In this document: one piece after another, positions 1 through 18,475 of the stretch
Position numbering within the stretch: position 1 is the first letter of the stretch
How the letters are laid out: each line of letters begins with the position of its first letter
Source of the DNA: the human T2T-CHM13v2.0 reference genome, Homo sapiens
Assembly (NCBI RefSeq): GCF_009914755.1
Contig: NC_060926.1
Length of the DNA: 64,000 bases
Reading direction: 5' to 3' (one strand)
Program-made: the position numbers and the translations under genes
Notes under the pieces: model-generated
What the model was told of the DNA's origin: nothing
The model's database searches: none
What the model saw: the letters and a program-made list of their open reading frames with translations, nothing else

Positions 1-1269
1 GTTCTCACTTTTTCCATTTGACAAATCTGGTGACTCTTCCACAGAGCTACATTTTATCAGCTACTGCCTCCTGGTATTTCCTTCCTCTGCCTGTTCCACT
101 TCAACAAGCACCTCGAGGCTGCAGAATTTCTTTCTGGGCTCTACATCATTTACAAAAGAGGCTTATTACTCTCTGCATCTAGTGTGTTTGGCCCAGTGCC
201 AGAGAGATCTGCCAAGCCTTCCTTCTCTTCCTCCTCTTCCCCAGCCCAGCCTCTTCCTGGAGTTCCTTCCTGGGACCTGCAGTGCCAAGTGCTGGGGGAG
301 ATGAGGGAGTGAGTGGCCTTTCAAGTCCCTCAGGCCTCCAAGGCAGAAGGTGAAGGTTACTTGCGGGGATTAGCTGAAAACAGAGGAGCCTGATTTGGGA
401 CAATGCATTAATTCCCTGAAGAGAGTTTATCACAGGAGCTACCTCCAAAAAGTCCCACCTGCATAGGGATCTGCAGCTAGCCCTGAGAGGAAAACATATC
501 CCAGCAGCCATGCGAACTGAAAGAGTCTTTCCTTAAAAGGGAAGTGACTCTTGGCTCAAAACCTTAGGGCTCCCTTTATGGGTCCCCTCGCATTTCTTCC
601 TAGTGTGGAATACCCAGCCACACAAGGTGAACGAAGGGTTATCATTCAGAACAGACACTATTGTTTCACTTGCCACAGCACCTCATTTATTTAAAAATAA
701 TGATCTAAATACAAAGAGTAGCCATCCTCTTGAAAACCAGACACACATCCATAATGACCAGCGGGTGCACAGGCCTGGGCTTGAAGGAAGGAAATCATCA
801 GAAACAACAGGATAATGCTCCTCCCTCAGGGCATGGGTAGTGGTGAGCATTTTCAAGGTGAGGTGGACGACATTCAATTATTATTTATAGACCCAGTGGG
901 GAGGGCTTTGGGGCTGCTGGGAAGCCTGTGGCAGCCGGGGACAGCACGGGCTTTGTTTGAGCAAAGATACCTATGTCCTGGGTATTGGGATGGAGTACCC
1001 GCCCCAGGCCAGCAGCTCCAGTGCACGCCCAGGAGGAGGCTTCCTCTTGCTGGCCTCTTAAACATGGCTTGCGATAGCAATAGTTGTGCCTTCTTAGAAT
1101 GTGCAGCAGTGTGCTTAGGAATCCTGGGTGTCTCTGAACCATAGCTGCCCAGAAAAGAACTTCAACATGCACCCTTTGTCCTAGGCCAATCTCTACTTCC
1201 ATTTCAAAATCCACAGACCTCCGAATTGGGTCCCTCCTCTGCAGTCTGAACACAGTGGGTATGTCTTTA

Positions 1270-1430
1270 TTTATCACCCTCCATATTGTATAAGAATGAT
1301 TGGATCAGGTGTCTGTTTCCCTTACTAGAGAGCAGAGTCCTTAGAAGTAGGCACCTGATGTTAACTCATATTTGTAGATCCTGTGCCTGGCACACATAGG
1401 TGCTCAATTAATAGTTCATGAATCGATTTG
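1270..1430 (+). mobile_element. L2 LINE 3' end fragment
   Basis: GTGCCTGGCACACATAGGTGCTCAATTAATAGTTCATGAAT resembles the L2 3' terminus. Confidence 0.65.
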
Positions 1431-1480
1431 TGGAGTCTGTCTTTGAAAAGCTCATTTTAAAACATTCCAAATGATGGTGA

Positions 1481-1806
<326 letters not shown>

Positions 1807-1808
1807 TG

Positions 1809-2162
<354 letters not shown>

Positions 2163-2257
2163 TAGGTCATCAGGACCTCAGATGGGGTTTGTTAGTATTA
2201 TTTGATACAATGATTATCACAATGGAAATTTCTTACGTCTTCAACACTTCACAATTT

Positions 2258-2596
2258 ATTATTTATTTTTACTTATTTATTTGTTTATTTATTTTTGAGA
2301 TAGAGTCTTGCTCTGTGGCCCAAGCTAGAGTGCCGTAGCCTGATCCTGGCTCACTGCAGCCTTGAACTCCTGGGCTCAAACAGATCCTCCCACCTCAGCC
2401 TCCCAAGTATCTGAGGCTATAGGTACACACCACCATGCCCTGCTAATTTTAAATTTTTTTTTTGTAGAAACAGGGTTTCTAAACATACAAAAATTAGCAT
2501 GTTTCCCATGCTAATTTCAAACTCCTGGGCTCAAGTGATCTCCTGCTTTGGCCTCCCAAGTGCTGGGATTACAGGTATGAACCACCACGCCTGGCC
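2258..2596 (-). mobile_element. AluJ-like element with (TTTA)n tail
   Basis: Reverse Alu; TSD-like ACTTCACAATTT / ACTTGACAATTT. Confidence 0.92.
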
Positions 2597-2709
2597 TACT
2601 TGACAATTTCAAACCCTTTCAATTTTATTGTCACATATTATCATGTGTACTTCTTATCTGTATGTCTGGGGAGACATATTTTTAAATCTTATAAAAATCA
2701 GATGACCTT

Positions 2710-3294
<585 letters not shown>

Positions 3295-3304
3295 TCATCA
3301 GCAA

Positions 3305-3530
3305 TATACAGTGCTTACCAAGTGCCAGGCACTGTTCTGGGTGTTTGCACATATTAACTCACTTGATCCTCACAACCACCCTATGAGATAGGGGCTCTTA
3401 ATATTTCCATTTTACAGATGAGGAAAAATGAGGCATGCAGAGAGTAGGTAAATTGCTCAAGATTGCACCAGCAAGTGGTAGACATTGTCTACTATTTCTT
3501 GAATTTCTGAAACTCAAGAGCAAAACAGCA
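3305..3530 (-). mobile_element. MIR SINE
   Basis: GTGCCAGGCACTGTTCT...ATCCTCACAACCACCCTATGAGATAGG...CCATTTTACAGATGAGGAAA (MIR core). Confidence 0.85.
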
Positions 3531-3719
3531 ATGATAATATTGGCAAAGAATGGGGTCATCTGCTGCCACCAAAACCCACTTTCCCTGGCCCCCTTTCTGA
3601 GGTGCAGCCCATTTATTTCTTGAGCCAATCCTTGAGTTTGGCAGGGCCCTTCCTGTCCACACGATGAACCTGGTTTGTGGCACTGGCCCCATGTATCCAA
3701 ACGGTCCACCGTGGACAGA

Positions 3720-3845
3720 GGGTCATGGTTAAGATCTGGGATTTCAAATCAGACAAACATGGGCTGGACTTCTGGTTCTGTCCATTCTCAGCTATATGAT
3801 CTCTGAGCCTTAGCTTTACCATCTGTAAAATAGAGATAACAGCCA
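3720..3845 (+). mobile_element. MIR SINE fragment
   Basis: CTGAGCCTTAGCTTTACCATCTGTAAAATAGAGATAA (MIR core). Confidence 0.7.
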
Positions 3846-4766
3846 TGTCTGTGCCTCTGTGGCCTTTCATGTCAGCAGCTTTTTGCCCACCCCACACCCC
3901 TCACACAAGACGAGGCCCTTGAACTAAACAGACACTGAAAGGAAGGCAGCCTGGAGGCCTGTGGAGCTCCCTGGCATGATTGGAGCCATTGTTCTGTCGC
4001 TGGGGAGGGCCTTCTGGAAGAGAGGGCAGAGGGCTGCAGCACCTTTGGTAGACATCTGCCTCAGAGATTTCTTCTGCCTTGCTGTTTGGAGACATAAGCT
4101 TTTCCTTCAGAGGGTGAAGTAAGTGGAGATGAAAGAAGCTACTTCATGGAAACAACAGTTGTGACTGGCAGGAGGGCTGGCAAGAGGCCTGGAAGTAGGC
4201 TCAGCCCAGGGTTGTGTCCCTGGGGTGCACCTCAGAGAACTTGGGCCAACAGCATGCTCTCTGTTTATTCAGGAGTTTCCTCACTGAACCCTCTGAGGAA
4301 ACAGCTTTGTAAGGAAAGGGAAAACATATGGGTGAGACAAGGTACTCAGTGGCCCAATGGAGCCCAAGTGGCTGCCTACAAATTGGCTCCTACCTTGATA
4401 CCGAGGGGGAGAGGATCCCTCCGGTTCCTGCCCTGCATGGGCTCAGGGCCAGTTGTATAGTGCCAGGCCCTTGTGAGTGGCTGGCCTATGGCCACTGCCT
4501 TCTGGGAGACCTGGTACCTTTAGGGAGGTCCATTTACTCTTCCAGGCCTTTCAGGCCCCTTCAGTCGTTTCTGAGAGGCATTAACTTGCCTGTTTGTAAC
4601 AGAAATATCCATCTCTTCACTCACTTTGCTCCACCTCTTCTTCATCCTTGGTGGGAAGAGGTTTTAAAAGCATAAAAATATACCAAAATTATGCTGTGAA
4701 ATGTTATAATATGAGCAGGCGAGACGTTTGTTTTTCTAATGAGGGCTTTACTTGGAAAAAAGAATT

Positions 4767-5062
4767 GGCTGGGCGTGGTGGCTTACACCTGTAATCCCAG
4801 CACTTTGGGAGGCCGAGGTGGGTGGATCGCCTGAGATCAGGAGTTTGAGACCAGCCTGGCCAACGTCGTAAAACCCCGTTTCTACTAAAAATACAAAAAT
4901 TAGCCGGGCATGATGGAGAGTGCCTGTAATCTCAGCTCAGGAGGCTGAGGCAGGAGAATTGCTTGAACCCCGGAGGCAGAGATTGCAGTGAGCTGAGATC
5001 ACGCCACTGCACTCCAGCTTGGGTGACAAGGCAAGACTTCGTCTCAAAAAAAAAAAAAAAAA
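4767..5062 (+). mobile_element. AluS (Sx-like)
   Basis: GGCTGGGCGTGGTGGCTTACACCTGTAATCCC..., A-rich linker, poly(A) tail. Confidence 0.96.
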
Positions 5063-7055
5063 TTTTATGCCACTTTCCCAGAACAAAGGGCAGACTTCAG
5101 GGACCTCATGGCTGTGAGGTCTTGGTGATGCTGGTGATGAGGTCGGTAGGCATGAACAAGGCTGAGGGTGAAAGGAGGGAGGGAGACTAAGGAAGCAAGA
5201 CTTGCTCATATTCAGAGTTTGACCCCATATGGACTGCAGTAAGTCCATCCTTACTGGAAGTCCATACTTAATGGAAATTATTTTACCATCCTCTGGGCAC
5301 TCAGCTACCTGTGATCAGCTACAGGAAACATTGGGTCCTTTCGGGAATTGGACTGTGGTGTCTAGGGGAGGATGGAACAACACGGTCTCTCTTGATTCAA
5401 CAGCCCTGGTGTCTCCCACATGTCAGCAGCATGCTTCATGCGAGAAGAGACCAAGGAGCTGAGTGCCTCACGCTCTTGCTGAGGAGACAGTGTCCACAGT
5501 AACAGTCGCAGCGATTGAAGGGCGATAGAAGTGAGAGCCTCCCGTGGGGGTGGTCAAGAGAGGCTTTATAGAGAGGCAGGTCTTCCCCTGGCCTCAAAGA
5601 ATGGCAGGACAGAAATGGAATGGGATGTAGTGCCCGGCCAGGGAGAGGATCTCCAGGGACACAGCTGCCTAGAGCTGGTTTTAAGTGTGGCTGTAGCAAG
5701 GTCTCTGAGGGAGAGCTTAACTCTGCCTTGAGATCCTTCTTTCACCATGGACTACTGGCCCTTGATCAATCAGTGCACACGACTGGACCCAGGACTCAAG
5801 GCTAAACTGAAGGGCCTGGGCCAGCCCGGGTTTTAGGGCCCAGGAGATTCTCTGGACTCTGGGCTTCTTGGCATCCTGTTATAGAAGCACCATTTATACA
5901 TTTATATTGAAAAATAAGCGCAACGGAGGGAGATCTGATGCCCTCAACAAAGCTCAGAAAGACTTTTCTGGTTGAAGAAATAAGCATTGCACACACCACA
6001 AGTGCAAAGCCTTCTGCCCAGACCCTTTGCTGGAGAGCTGTGCCGAGCAGAGGGCAGGTGGTTGTGGTGCAGGCTGGGCTGCAATTGGCTGGGCTCAGCA
6101 TGCAGCAGTGTTCCGAGAGTGTGGGTTCTGCTGGTGCCCAGATGGCTTCAGGGTGCCTGATAAACTTCTCCAGCTCTGATTTTCAGGTCTGCAACCCTCT
6201 TGCTGCCTCCTTCAAGGGCTTCCACCAGAGGCGACATAACGTGGCCTGGACTGTTCTACTCTGGGCCTCACCTCCCACTCCACCCACCTTGTTTATCTGA
6301 CCTTCTTCCCACAGGAACATTAAACCTCCCAGAAATATTAATATGTTTGATTTTTTTCTCCTTTGTAGCTATTTAAAAAATGTTCTCCTTTTTGTTTTCT
6401 CCTTTAAGAATTTATAGGAAAGAAGGATCTTGGAATGGTTGGTGCAGATAATGAGAAAAGATTGGGAGCTTGTTACAATGTCATGAGATTGGGAAGAAGA
6501 AATACTTCTTTCCCTTTGTCATTACAGCCAGTGGAGAAACAGTTTACAGCCATTCCGAGAAATGTGAACAATGTGGAGGGATTTAGGTAGCTCAGTAGCA
6601 GGGTGCATCCTATACATACCTTATAAGGTATACTGTAGAAATCTTCACCAGAAGATTTTATAAATAATCAGGAATATCATTTTGAAATGAGAGAAATGTG
6701 CCAGTAATGGATATAACACTATTTTAGCTAGGATTTGCTATGATGCCTACAGTGTACATGGCAAAGTTGGTGTCAGAACTGAGAATACTCTGGTCTATAG
6801 GATCCAAGGGGAAGAATCCAAAGAGGAAGGATTTTTCACCAGTTGAACAGTGGTCCTTGGGTCCAGTGCTTGATTCTGCTTTAATAAGACCATTATTGCC
6901 ACATTCTCCTACACTGTGGACTGTTTAGAATTTACAAAGTGTGCTTCTAAGAACACATTTAATGTGTGCTCTGATAACACATTATTCCATTTCTAGGTTT
7001 CTTTTTGAGATCTGAGCATGTTTAACTCAATTTCTTTGTGTAGGATCTGTGTTAA

Positions 7056-7408
<353 letters not shown>

Positions 7409-7428
7409 AGCAGAATCTTTTCTTTGTT

Positions 7429-8332
7429 GGGAGGAGCCAAGATGGCCGAATAGGAACAGCTCCGGTCTACAGCTCCCAGCGTGAGCGACGCAGAAGACGG
7501 GTGATTTCTGCATTTCCATCTGAGGTACCGGGTTCATCTCACTAGGGAGTGCCAGACAGTGGGCGCAGGTCAGTGTGTGCACGCACCGTGCGCGAGCCGA
7601 AGCAGGGCGAGGCATTGCCTCACCTGGGAAGCGCAAGGGGTCAGGGAGTTCCCTTTCCGAGTCAAAGAAAGGGGTGACGGACGCACCTGGAAAATCGGGT
7701 CACTCCCACCCGAATATTGCGCTTTTCAGACCGGCTTAAGAAACGGCGCACCACGAGACTATATCCCGCACCTGGCTCAGAGGGTCCTACGCCCACGGAG
7801 TCTCGCTGATTGCTAGCACAGCAGTCTGAGATCAAACTGCAAGGCGGCAGCGAGGCTGGGGGAGGGGCGCCCGCCATTGCCCAGGCTTGATTAGGTAAAC
7901 AAAGCAGCCGGGAAGCTCGAACTGGGTGGAGCCCACCACAGCTCAAGGAGGCCTGCCTGCCTCTGTAGGCTCCACCTCTGGGGGCAGGGCACAGACAAAC
8001 AAAAAGACAGCAGTAACCTCTGCAGACTTAAGTGTCCCTGTCTGACAGCTTTGAAGAGAGAAGTGGTTCTCCCAGCATGCAGCTGGAGATCTGAGAACGG
8101 GCAGACTGCCTCCTCAAGTGGGTCCCTGACCCCTGACCCCCGAGCAGCCTAACTGGGAGGCACCCCCCAGCAGGGGCACACTGACACCTCACACAGCAGG
8201 GTATTCCAACAGACCTGCACCTGAGGGTCCTGTCTGTTAGAAGGAAAACTAACAACCAGAAAGGACATCTACACCGAAAACCCATCTGTACATCACCATC
8301 ATCAAAGACAAAAAGTAGATAAAACCACAAAG
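7429..8332. promoter_or_regulatory. L1 5'UTR: internal sense promoter with YY1 site, plus antisense promoter; CpG-rich
   Basis: YY1 motif CAAGATGGCCG at about 7438-7448; many retained CpGs; known L1 architecture. Confidence 0.9.
7662..7877 (-). CDS. L1 ORF0 (71 aa, antisense), intact
   Basis: ATG at 7877-7875 on the - strand gives MAGAPPPASLPPCSLISDCCASNQRDSVGVGPSEPG...RHPFL*, the primate L1 ORF0 peptide. Confidence 0.85.
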   Translation of the reverse strand: MAGAPPPASLPPCSLISDCCASNQRDSVGVGPSEPGAGYSLVVRRFLSRSEKRNIRVGVTRFSRCVRHPFL

Positions 8333-9349
8333 ATGGGGAAAAAACAGAACAGAAAAACTGGAAACTCTAAAACGCAGAGCGCCTCTCCTCCTCCAAAGGA
8401 ACGCAGTTCCTCACCAGCAACAGAACAAAGCTGGATGGAGAATGATTTTGACGAGCTGAGAGAAGAAGGCTTCAGACGATCAAATTACTCTGAGCTACGG
8501 GAGGACATTCAAACCAAAGGCAAAGAAGTCGAAAACTTTGAAAAAAATTTAGAAGAATGTATAACTAGAATAACCAATACAGAGAAGTGCTTAAAGGAGT
8601 TGATGGAGCTGAAAACCAAGGCTCGAGAACTACGTGAAGAATGCAGAAGCCTCAGGAGCCGATGCGATCAACTGGAAGAAAGGGTATCAGCAATGGAAGA
8701 TGAAATGAATGAAATGAAGCGAGAAGGGAAGTTTAGAGAAAAAAGAATAAAAAGAAACGAGCAAAGCCTCCAAGAAATATGGGACTATGTGAAAAGACCA
8801 AATCTACGTCTGATTGGTGTACCTGAAAGTGATGTGGAGAATGGAACCAAGTTGGAAAACACTCTGCAGGATATTATCCAGGAGAACTTCCCCAATCTAG
8901 CAAGGCAGGCCAACGTTCAGATTCAGGAAATACAGAGAACGCCACAAAGATACTCCTCGAGAAGAGCAACTCCAAGACACATAATTGTCAGATTCACCAA
9001 AGTTGAAATGAAGGAAAAAATGTTAAGGGCAGCCAGAGAGAAAGGTCGGGTTACCCTCAAAGGAAAGCCCATCAGACTAACAGCGGATCTCTCGGCAGAA
9101 ACCCTACAAGCCAGAAGAGAGTGGGGGCCAATATTCAACATTCTTAAAGAAAAGAATTTTCAACCCAGAATTTCATATCCAGCCAAACTAAGCTTCATAA
9201 GTGAAGGAGAAATAAAATACTTTATAGACAAGCAAATGCTGAGAGATTTTGTCACCACCAGGCCTGCCCTAAAAGAGCTCCTGAAGGAAGCGCTAAACAT
9301 GGAAAGGAACAACCGGTACCAGCCGCTGCAAAATCATGCCAAAATGTAA
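8333..9349 (+). CDS. LINE-1 ORF1p (338 aa RNA-binding chaperone), intact
   Basis: MGKKQNRKTGNSKTQSASPPPKERSSSP...QNHAKM; coiled coil, RRM and CTD with REKG, ARR and YPAKLS motifs intact. Confidence 0.98.
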   Translation: MGKKQNRKTGNSKTQSASPPPKERSSSPATEQSWMENDFDELREEGFRRSNYSELREDIQTKGKEVENFEKNLEECITRITNTEKCLKELMELKTKARELREECRSLRSRCDQLEERVSAMEDEMNEMKREGKFREKRIKRNEQSLQEIWDYVKRPNLRLIGVPESDVENGTKLENTLQDIIQENFPNLARQANVQIQEIQRTPQRYSSRRATPRHIIVRFTKVEMKEKMLRAAREKGRVTLKGKPIRLTADLSAETLQARREWGPIFNILKEKNFQPRISYPAKLSFISEGEIKYFIDKQMLRDFVTTRPALKELLKEALNMERNNRYQPLQNHAKM

Positions 9350-9385
9350 AGACCATCGAGACTAGGAAGAAACTGCATCAACTAA

Positions 9386-13240
<3,855 letters not shown>

Positions 13241-13839
13241 ACAATGAGATCACATGGACACAGGAAGGGGAATATCACACTCTGGGGACTGTGGTGGGGT
13301 CGGGGGAGGGGGGAGGGATAGCATTGGGAGATATACCTAAGGCTAGATGACGAGTTAGTGGGTGCAGCGCACCAGCATGGCACATGTATACATATGTAAC
13401 TAACCTGCACAATGTGCACATGTACCCTAAAACTTAGAGTATAATAAAAAAAAAAAAAATTAAAAAAAAAAATAATAAAAATAAAAATAAAAAAAAATAA
13501 ATAAAAAAAAACAAAAAAAAATAAAAGAAAAAAAAAAGAATCTTTTCTTTGTCTTCCTTTTATTTAAAAAAATCAAAATGAAGCCTTTTCAGTGCAAAAT
13601 TTTCAGAAAAATAGCTCTCTTTTCCATTGCAACATTGTGCTGAGAACATGCGTGTCTTGATTCTGCCTCTACTTTTCAACGCATGGCAGCTACCTTAGTT
13701 CAGGTTCTTATCGTCTCTTTCATTATTGTAATTACATGGCTACTTTTCTTACCTCCATTCTCATTCCCTTTCCTATCCATCAGCCACACTATTGTTAAAT
13801 TGAACTTTGAAAGTACAGGTCTAAGAAAGTTGACGACAC

Positions 13840-14090
13840 ACAGCCAATGATGTGTAGAAGCAAGCAATCTCATAGATGTTGCGGGAATGAATTAGCGCAG
13901 CCTCTTCGAAAGGCAATGTAGTAATGTCTATCAAAGGTACAAGTATGGTCACCCTTTGACTCAAAGTTCCACTTCTAGGAAATTATTTTACAGATATTCT
14001 TGTACCTGAAAAGATGTACGTGTAAGGATGTTCATTACAGCATTGTTTATAATGACAAAATATTGGGAACAAGGTAAAGGACCATTGGTA
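13840..14090 (+). mobile_element. Old L1M 3' fragment (continues around 14550-14700 and 15250-15450)
   Basis: CCCTTTGACTCAAAGTTCCACTTCTAGGAAATTAT...GGATGTTCATTACAGCATTGTTTATAAT. Confidence 0.7.
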
Positions 14091-14119
14091 GGAGCTATCC
14101 AACTTGGGAGTTGGATAAT

Positions 14120-14518
14120 GGAATTTGTAAAGGCCATCTACTGGTTGCTACCCTAGTATTCATTCCCTCATGCCCCTCCTAAGTGTTGACTGGTGTTGAC
14201 CTCACTCTTATCTCCGGGGGTGGACACCAACTGGTGGAAGCCACTCACTCAATCCATCATATTTCCCTGGCCACAGTAACTGTTTCATATATAATGACAT
14301 GTTGTCTAAGTAGAATGAATCAGAATGGATATGAAATAGTTTTAGCCACATGGGTAAATCCTGGAGCTTCTGGGAGGCCTGAAGATGGAGATACTCATGG
14401 AAGCATAGCCTGCTGATGTCAAGCTGGGTGGCATGCTGACATTTGGTGAATTCCCTTTTGGTTTTGGTTTTAACTGGTGAGAAGTGAGTTGTCTTTCACA
14501 ATAAAGACCCTACGTGCT
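14120..14518 (+). mobile_element. Degenerate ERVL LTR (LTR16/LTR33-like)
   Basis: CCCTGGCCACAGTAACTG...ATGACATG pattern and an LTR-like 3' end interrupting the old L1. Confidence 0.4.
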
Positions 14519-14729
14519 AAAAAAAAAAAAAAAAAAAAAAAAAAAGCCAAGTGGCCGTGAAAGAAAATTAGGTGGATCTTCTTGTGTTCATGTGAATGAT
14601 TTCCATGATACTTTATAAAATAAAGGTATTATACTATGAATATAGAATATATTCTCTTTTATATAAATAAAAAGCTGTGAAAATGGGTGAGTGCCTATGC
14701 GTACACGTGCATGTGTGTGATGTATATAA

Positions 14730-15294
<565 letters not shown>

Positions 15295-15509
15295 TAAAAC
15301 TAGAAAGAAAGACTGCTTCTAGGAAGGGAAGACAGGGAGCTTGGTAGTAGGAGGTGGAAAGGAGGCTTATCTCCATACCCAATTTGGAGAGTGTTTAATG
15401 TTGTTACTATGTTCACAAACTGCTTTTCAAAACTAGTTTATTTAAATAAACAAAAGGAAAGCAAACGAAAAATGACAGGTTTGTTTTGTTTTGTTTTGTT
15501 TAAACCACA

Positions 15510-16010
15510 GGTTTGATCTCAGTTACTCCCTTACTTGAAGAAGGCTTCGATGATTCCTCATGGAGAAATCCCAGATACTTCTGCACATGATTCAGAGGTC
15601 CCTTACAACTGGCTTCAGCCTGCCTTCCAAGCCCTGTCTCTCGCCTCTCCCTTCCTTCACGCCGTGCTTCAGCGAGGTAGGAATGCTTGTGATTCACCTT
15701 CCAGGTCAAGATGATTGGCCCCTCGGCCTTCACATATGCTGTTCCCTCTGCTGTTCCCCATGCTGCCCCCAGGGAGCTGCCCATCACCCGCCAGGACCTT
15801 CCTGCCCTGGGTGCACCCATAGTGCTTTGTGCCTTTCTCTTTCTTGCCACTTGCCACATTTTACTGTAGTTATTTGTTTATAATTACAAATATAAACCTG
15901 CTACTCTAGGAGTAAGCTCTTTGAGGGACCTGTGTCTCCCTAGACCTACGACAGTCAGTGCTTGTGACACTATGGGAATAGGCGCCTCATAGCTGTTCCA
16001 TGAATGAATG
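15510..16010 (+). mobile_element. L2 3' region
   Basis: GGCCTTCACATATGCTGTTCCCTCTGC...GTAAGCTCTTTGAGGG...ATGAATGAATG. Confidence 0.7.
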
Positions 16011-16812
16011 GAGGTGGCTTCAGATTCCAGCTGTCTTTTTACTAAGCTGCTCTATCCCTTTCAGATTTCTTTTTTTTTTTTTTACAGCTGCAAATTTTTA
16101 TCTATTCTTTGCTTCTCTGCCCAGTAGCAATTAACCAGGTTGTAGCAGATCTAGAGTTTCCAGCTCAGCCCGGATTGTGTTTCCTTGCTCTTAGCAGCTC
16201 AGGGGAATCTTTTTTCACTTCACGAAGGATGCATCTGAGATTCAGAGCAGGTTCAGTGACCCTTTTATTAATTCTTTGTCTGCTCCGACACGCACAGTCT
16301 GTCATGAAGTATTCATCCAGTTCAGAAAATTGAAAAAGCCAGGGAGAAGAGAAAGAGAAGGGAATTTGTGAAAATAGAGTCAGTCACTTCAGCATCTATC
16401 CCACTCAGCAGTCTGTCCCCTTGGTGAGCCTCTTAACCTAGAGACTTGTTCATGAGCTATTCCCTTGGAGCCGTCTTTCCCTTTAAATAATAATCAGGCC
16501 CAGTAGAAACCTGCGATGAGTACATGAAATCAGCGAGGCTGAGACTTTCCAGGAAACAGACTCAGGGAGGCAATGGCTCACTCATTCACACAGAGGCAAT
16601 GACCAGGCTTGCCCAGGGAGGACCGAACCACCCAGGGGCTGACCGTGGCCGGGAGCATCCTAGGTGATCAGGAAGACCTGATGGTGGTTGACTGGCTGAT
16701 GGATAAGGAAAATGATGAGCCACTAAACCCATTTCTGGAGCAAGGATTGGTAGAGGGTGCTCGCTGTTGAGGTCTGGGGAAGATAAGGTGGCCAAGGAGT
16801 CAAACAGCAGGT

Positions 16813-17062
16813 TCAGGGCTGCTACTAACCTATATAGCGTCTTTGATTAAATCAGAAAAAAAGCAGCCCTCTGGGCTAAAAGGACCCCTAGAGCACAAGG
16901 CTTGCAAGTTGGAAGCACCTCTGTCCAAAGAAAGAAGGCTCATCACTCTGGGTAAACACAGCCCCATGTCGCCAGGCACCTAGATCCCGGCTCCCACTTG
17001 CCTTTTCAGTTGGTAGCCATTATATAGCACATCAACTGCACAACCATACCTGTGGCCTACAG
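16813..17062. mobile_element. MER91-like hAT element
   Basis: CAGGGCTGCTACTAACCTATA...AACTGCACAACCATACCTGTGGCC; ends similar to the 14730 copy. Confidence 0.5.
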
Positions 17063-17164
17063 GGTATCATAGCTCTGGGGGCATTTAGAAAGGAAAGGTG
17101 AGAGAAAAGTGAACTGATTATGGGTAGCAGATTATAACTACCATTGTTTAGGGTTGTTTATTTT

Positions 17165-17345
17165 TAAACTGTGGAACTCCCTATTAGAATCACCTAAGAT
17201 ACTTGACGGGTAAGAACGCATATTCCTGGGACTCACCTCAGACCAACTCGATCAGACTATTTGAATGGTGAGGTCCAGCAATCTGGATTTTTAACCAGCC
17301 CCCTAGGTGCTTCTAGTGCCCACTAAAGCTTAAGAACTGCTGGTG
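17165..17345. mobile_element. MER5-type hAT-Charlie element
   Basis: ATTAGAATCACCT...ATTTTTAACCAGCCCCCTAGGTGCTTCT...CACTAAAGCTTAAGAACTGCTG. Confidence 0.75.
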
Positions 17346-17373
17346 TAGCAACTGTTCCATCAGAAGTCCTTGG

Positions 17374-17662
17374 GGCTGGGCATGGTGGCTCAGCCTGTAA
17401 TCCCAGCACTTTGGGAGGCTGAGGCGGGTGGATCACCTGAGGTCAGGAGTTCAAGACCATCCTGGCCAACATGGTGAAACCCCGTCTCTACTAAAAATAC
17501 AAAAATTAACCAGGCATGGTGGCGGGTGCCTGTAGTCTCAACTACTCAGGAGGCTGAGGCAGGAGAATCAAGGAGGTGGAGGTTGCAGTGAGCTGAGATC
17601 GCACCACTGCACTCCAGCCTGGGTGACACAGCAAGACTCCATCTAAAAAAAAAAAAAAAAAA
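17374..17662 (+). mobile_element. AluS with a small right-arm deletion
   Basis: Alu body plus poly(A); AGGAGAATCAAGGAGG lacks GCTTGAACCC. Confidence 0.95.
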
Positions 17663-17880
17663 ATTCCTTGAGATCTGTCCATCTGGGAATCTAGAACTAT
17701 CTGACTGGACTGAGAAAAAGCCATCCATCCATTCCCTGAGCTCTGCAGTGTCCGCTCCTCACATGTCCTTGAGGCATTTCCTGGAGGTTGCTTCTCTGGA
17801 GTTTGTGGCTGATGTAATTGTTTTTCCTGGCTCTACTGCTTTGCTATTTCTAAGAAACACCTTTAGAAGTAACAGCTTTT

Positions 17881-18183
17881 GGCCATGCATGGTGGCTCAC
17901 GCGTGTAATCCCAGCACTTTGGGAGGCCAAGGCGGGCAGATCACGAGGTCAAGAGATTGAGACCATCCTGGCCAACATGGTGAAACCCCGTCTCTACTAA
18001 AAATACAAAAATTAGCCGGGTATGGTGGTATGTGCTTGCAATCCTAGCTACTCAGAAGGCTGAGGCAGGAGAATTGCTTGAACCTGGCAGGCAGAGGTTG
18101 CAGTGAGCCAACATCACGCCACTGCACTCCAGCCTGGATGACAGAGGGAGACTCTTGTCTCAAAAAAAAAAAAAAAAAAAAAA
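17881..18183 (+). mobile_element. AluSc-like element
   Basis: GATCACGAGGTCAAGAGATTGAGACCATCC; TSD AAGTAACAGCTTT. Confidence 0.96.
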
Positions 18184-18475
18184 AGTAACAGCTTTCAGGA
18201 TAAAAACTCTAGGAATCTTGAAACAGAGAGTAGTACGACTCATAATTCCACACTCACCCTTCCTTCTTTGGCTCCTCTCCTGTCTACTGGTCCTGTGATA
18301 GAGAATGTTTCAAGTTGATCCATTTTAAGGAAATTGCCTGGAGATGCTGCATTTTCATTTGGTTTCCAGCCTATATGAAAGTTAAGTTACATTTTGCTGA
18401 ATTCCAAATGTCCAGTTTGCTTTGCTGAACTGGTTATTTATGCCATTTTGAGTAATGCTTGAAATATGAATGTGG

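Noticed and set aside
5228-5266. Small hairpin TATGGACTGCAGTAAG-tccatc-CTTACTGGAAGTCCATA as a pre-miRNA
   Set aside because: The imperfect stem is only about 16 bp and does not extend, which is too short for a Drosha substrate.
6509-6593. Possible short exon (TTTCCCTTTGTCATTACAG...AG/GTAGCT)
   Set aside because: The acceptor is decent but the donor is weak, the peptide is not recognisable and there are no partner exons.
13553-14545. 3' transduction carried by the full-length L1
   Set aside because: The L1 TSD closes immediately after its own poly(A) at 13537-13552, so the downstream DNA is native flank.
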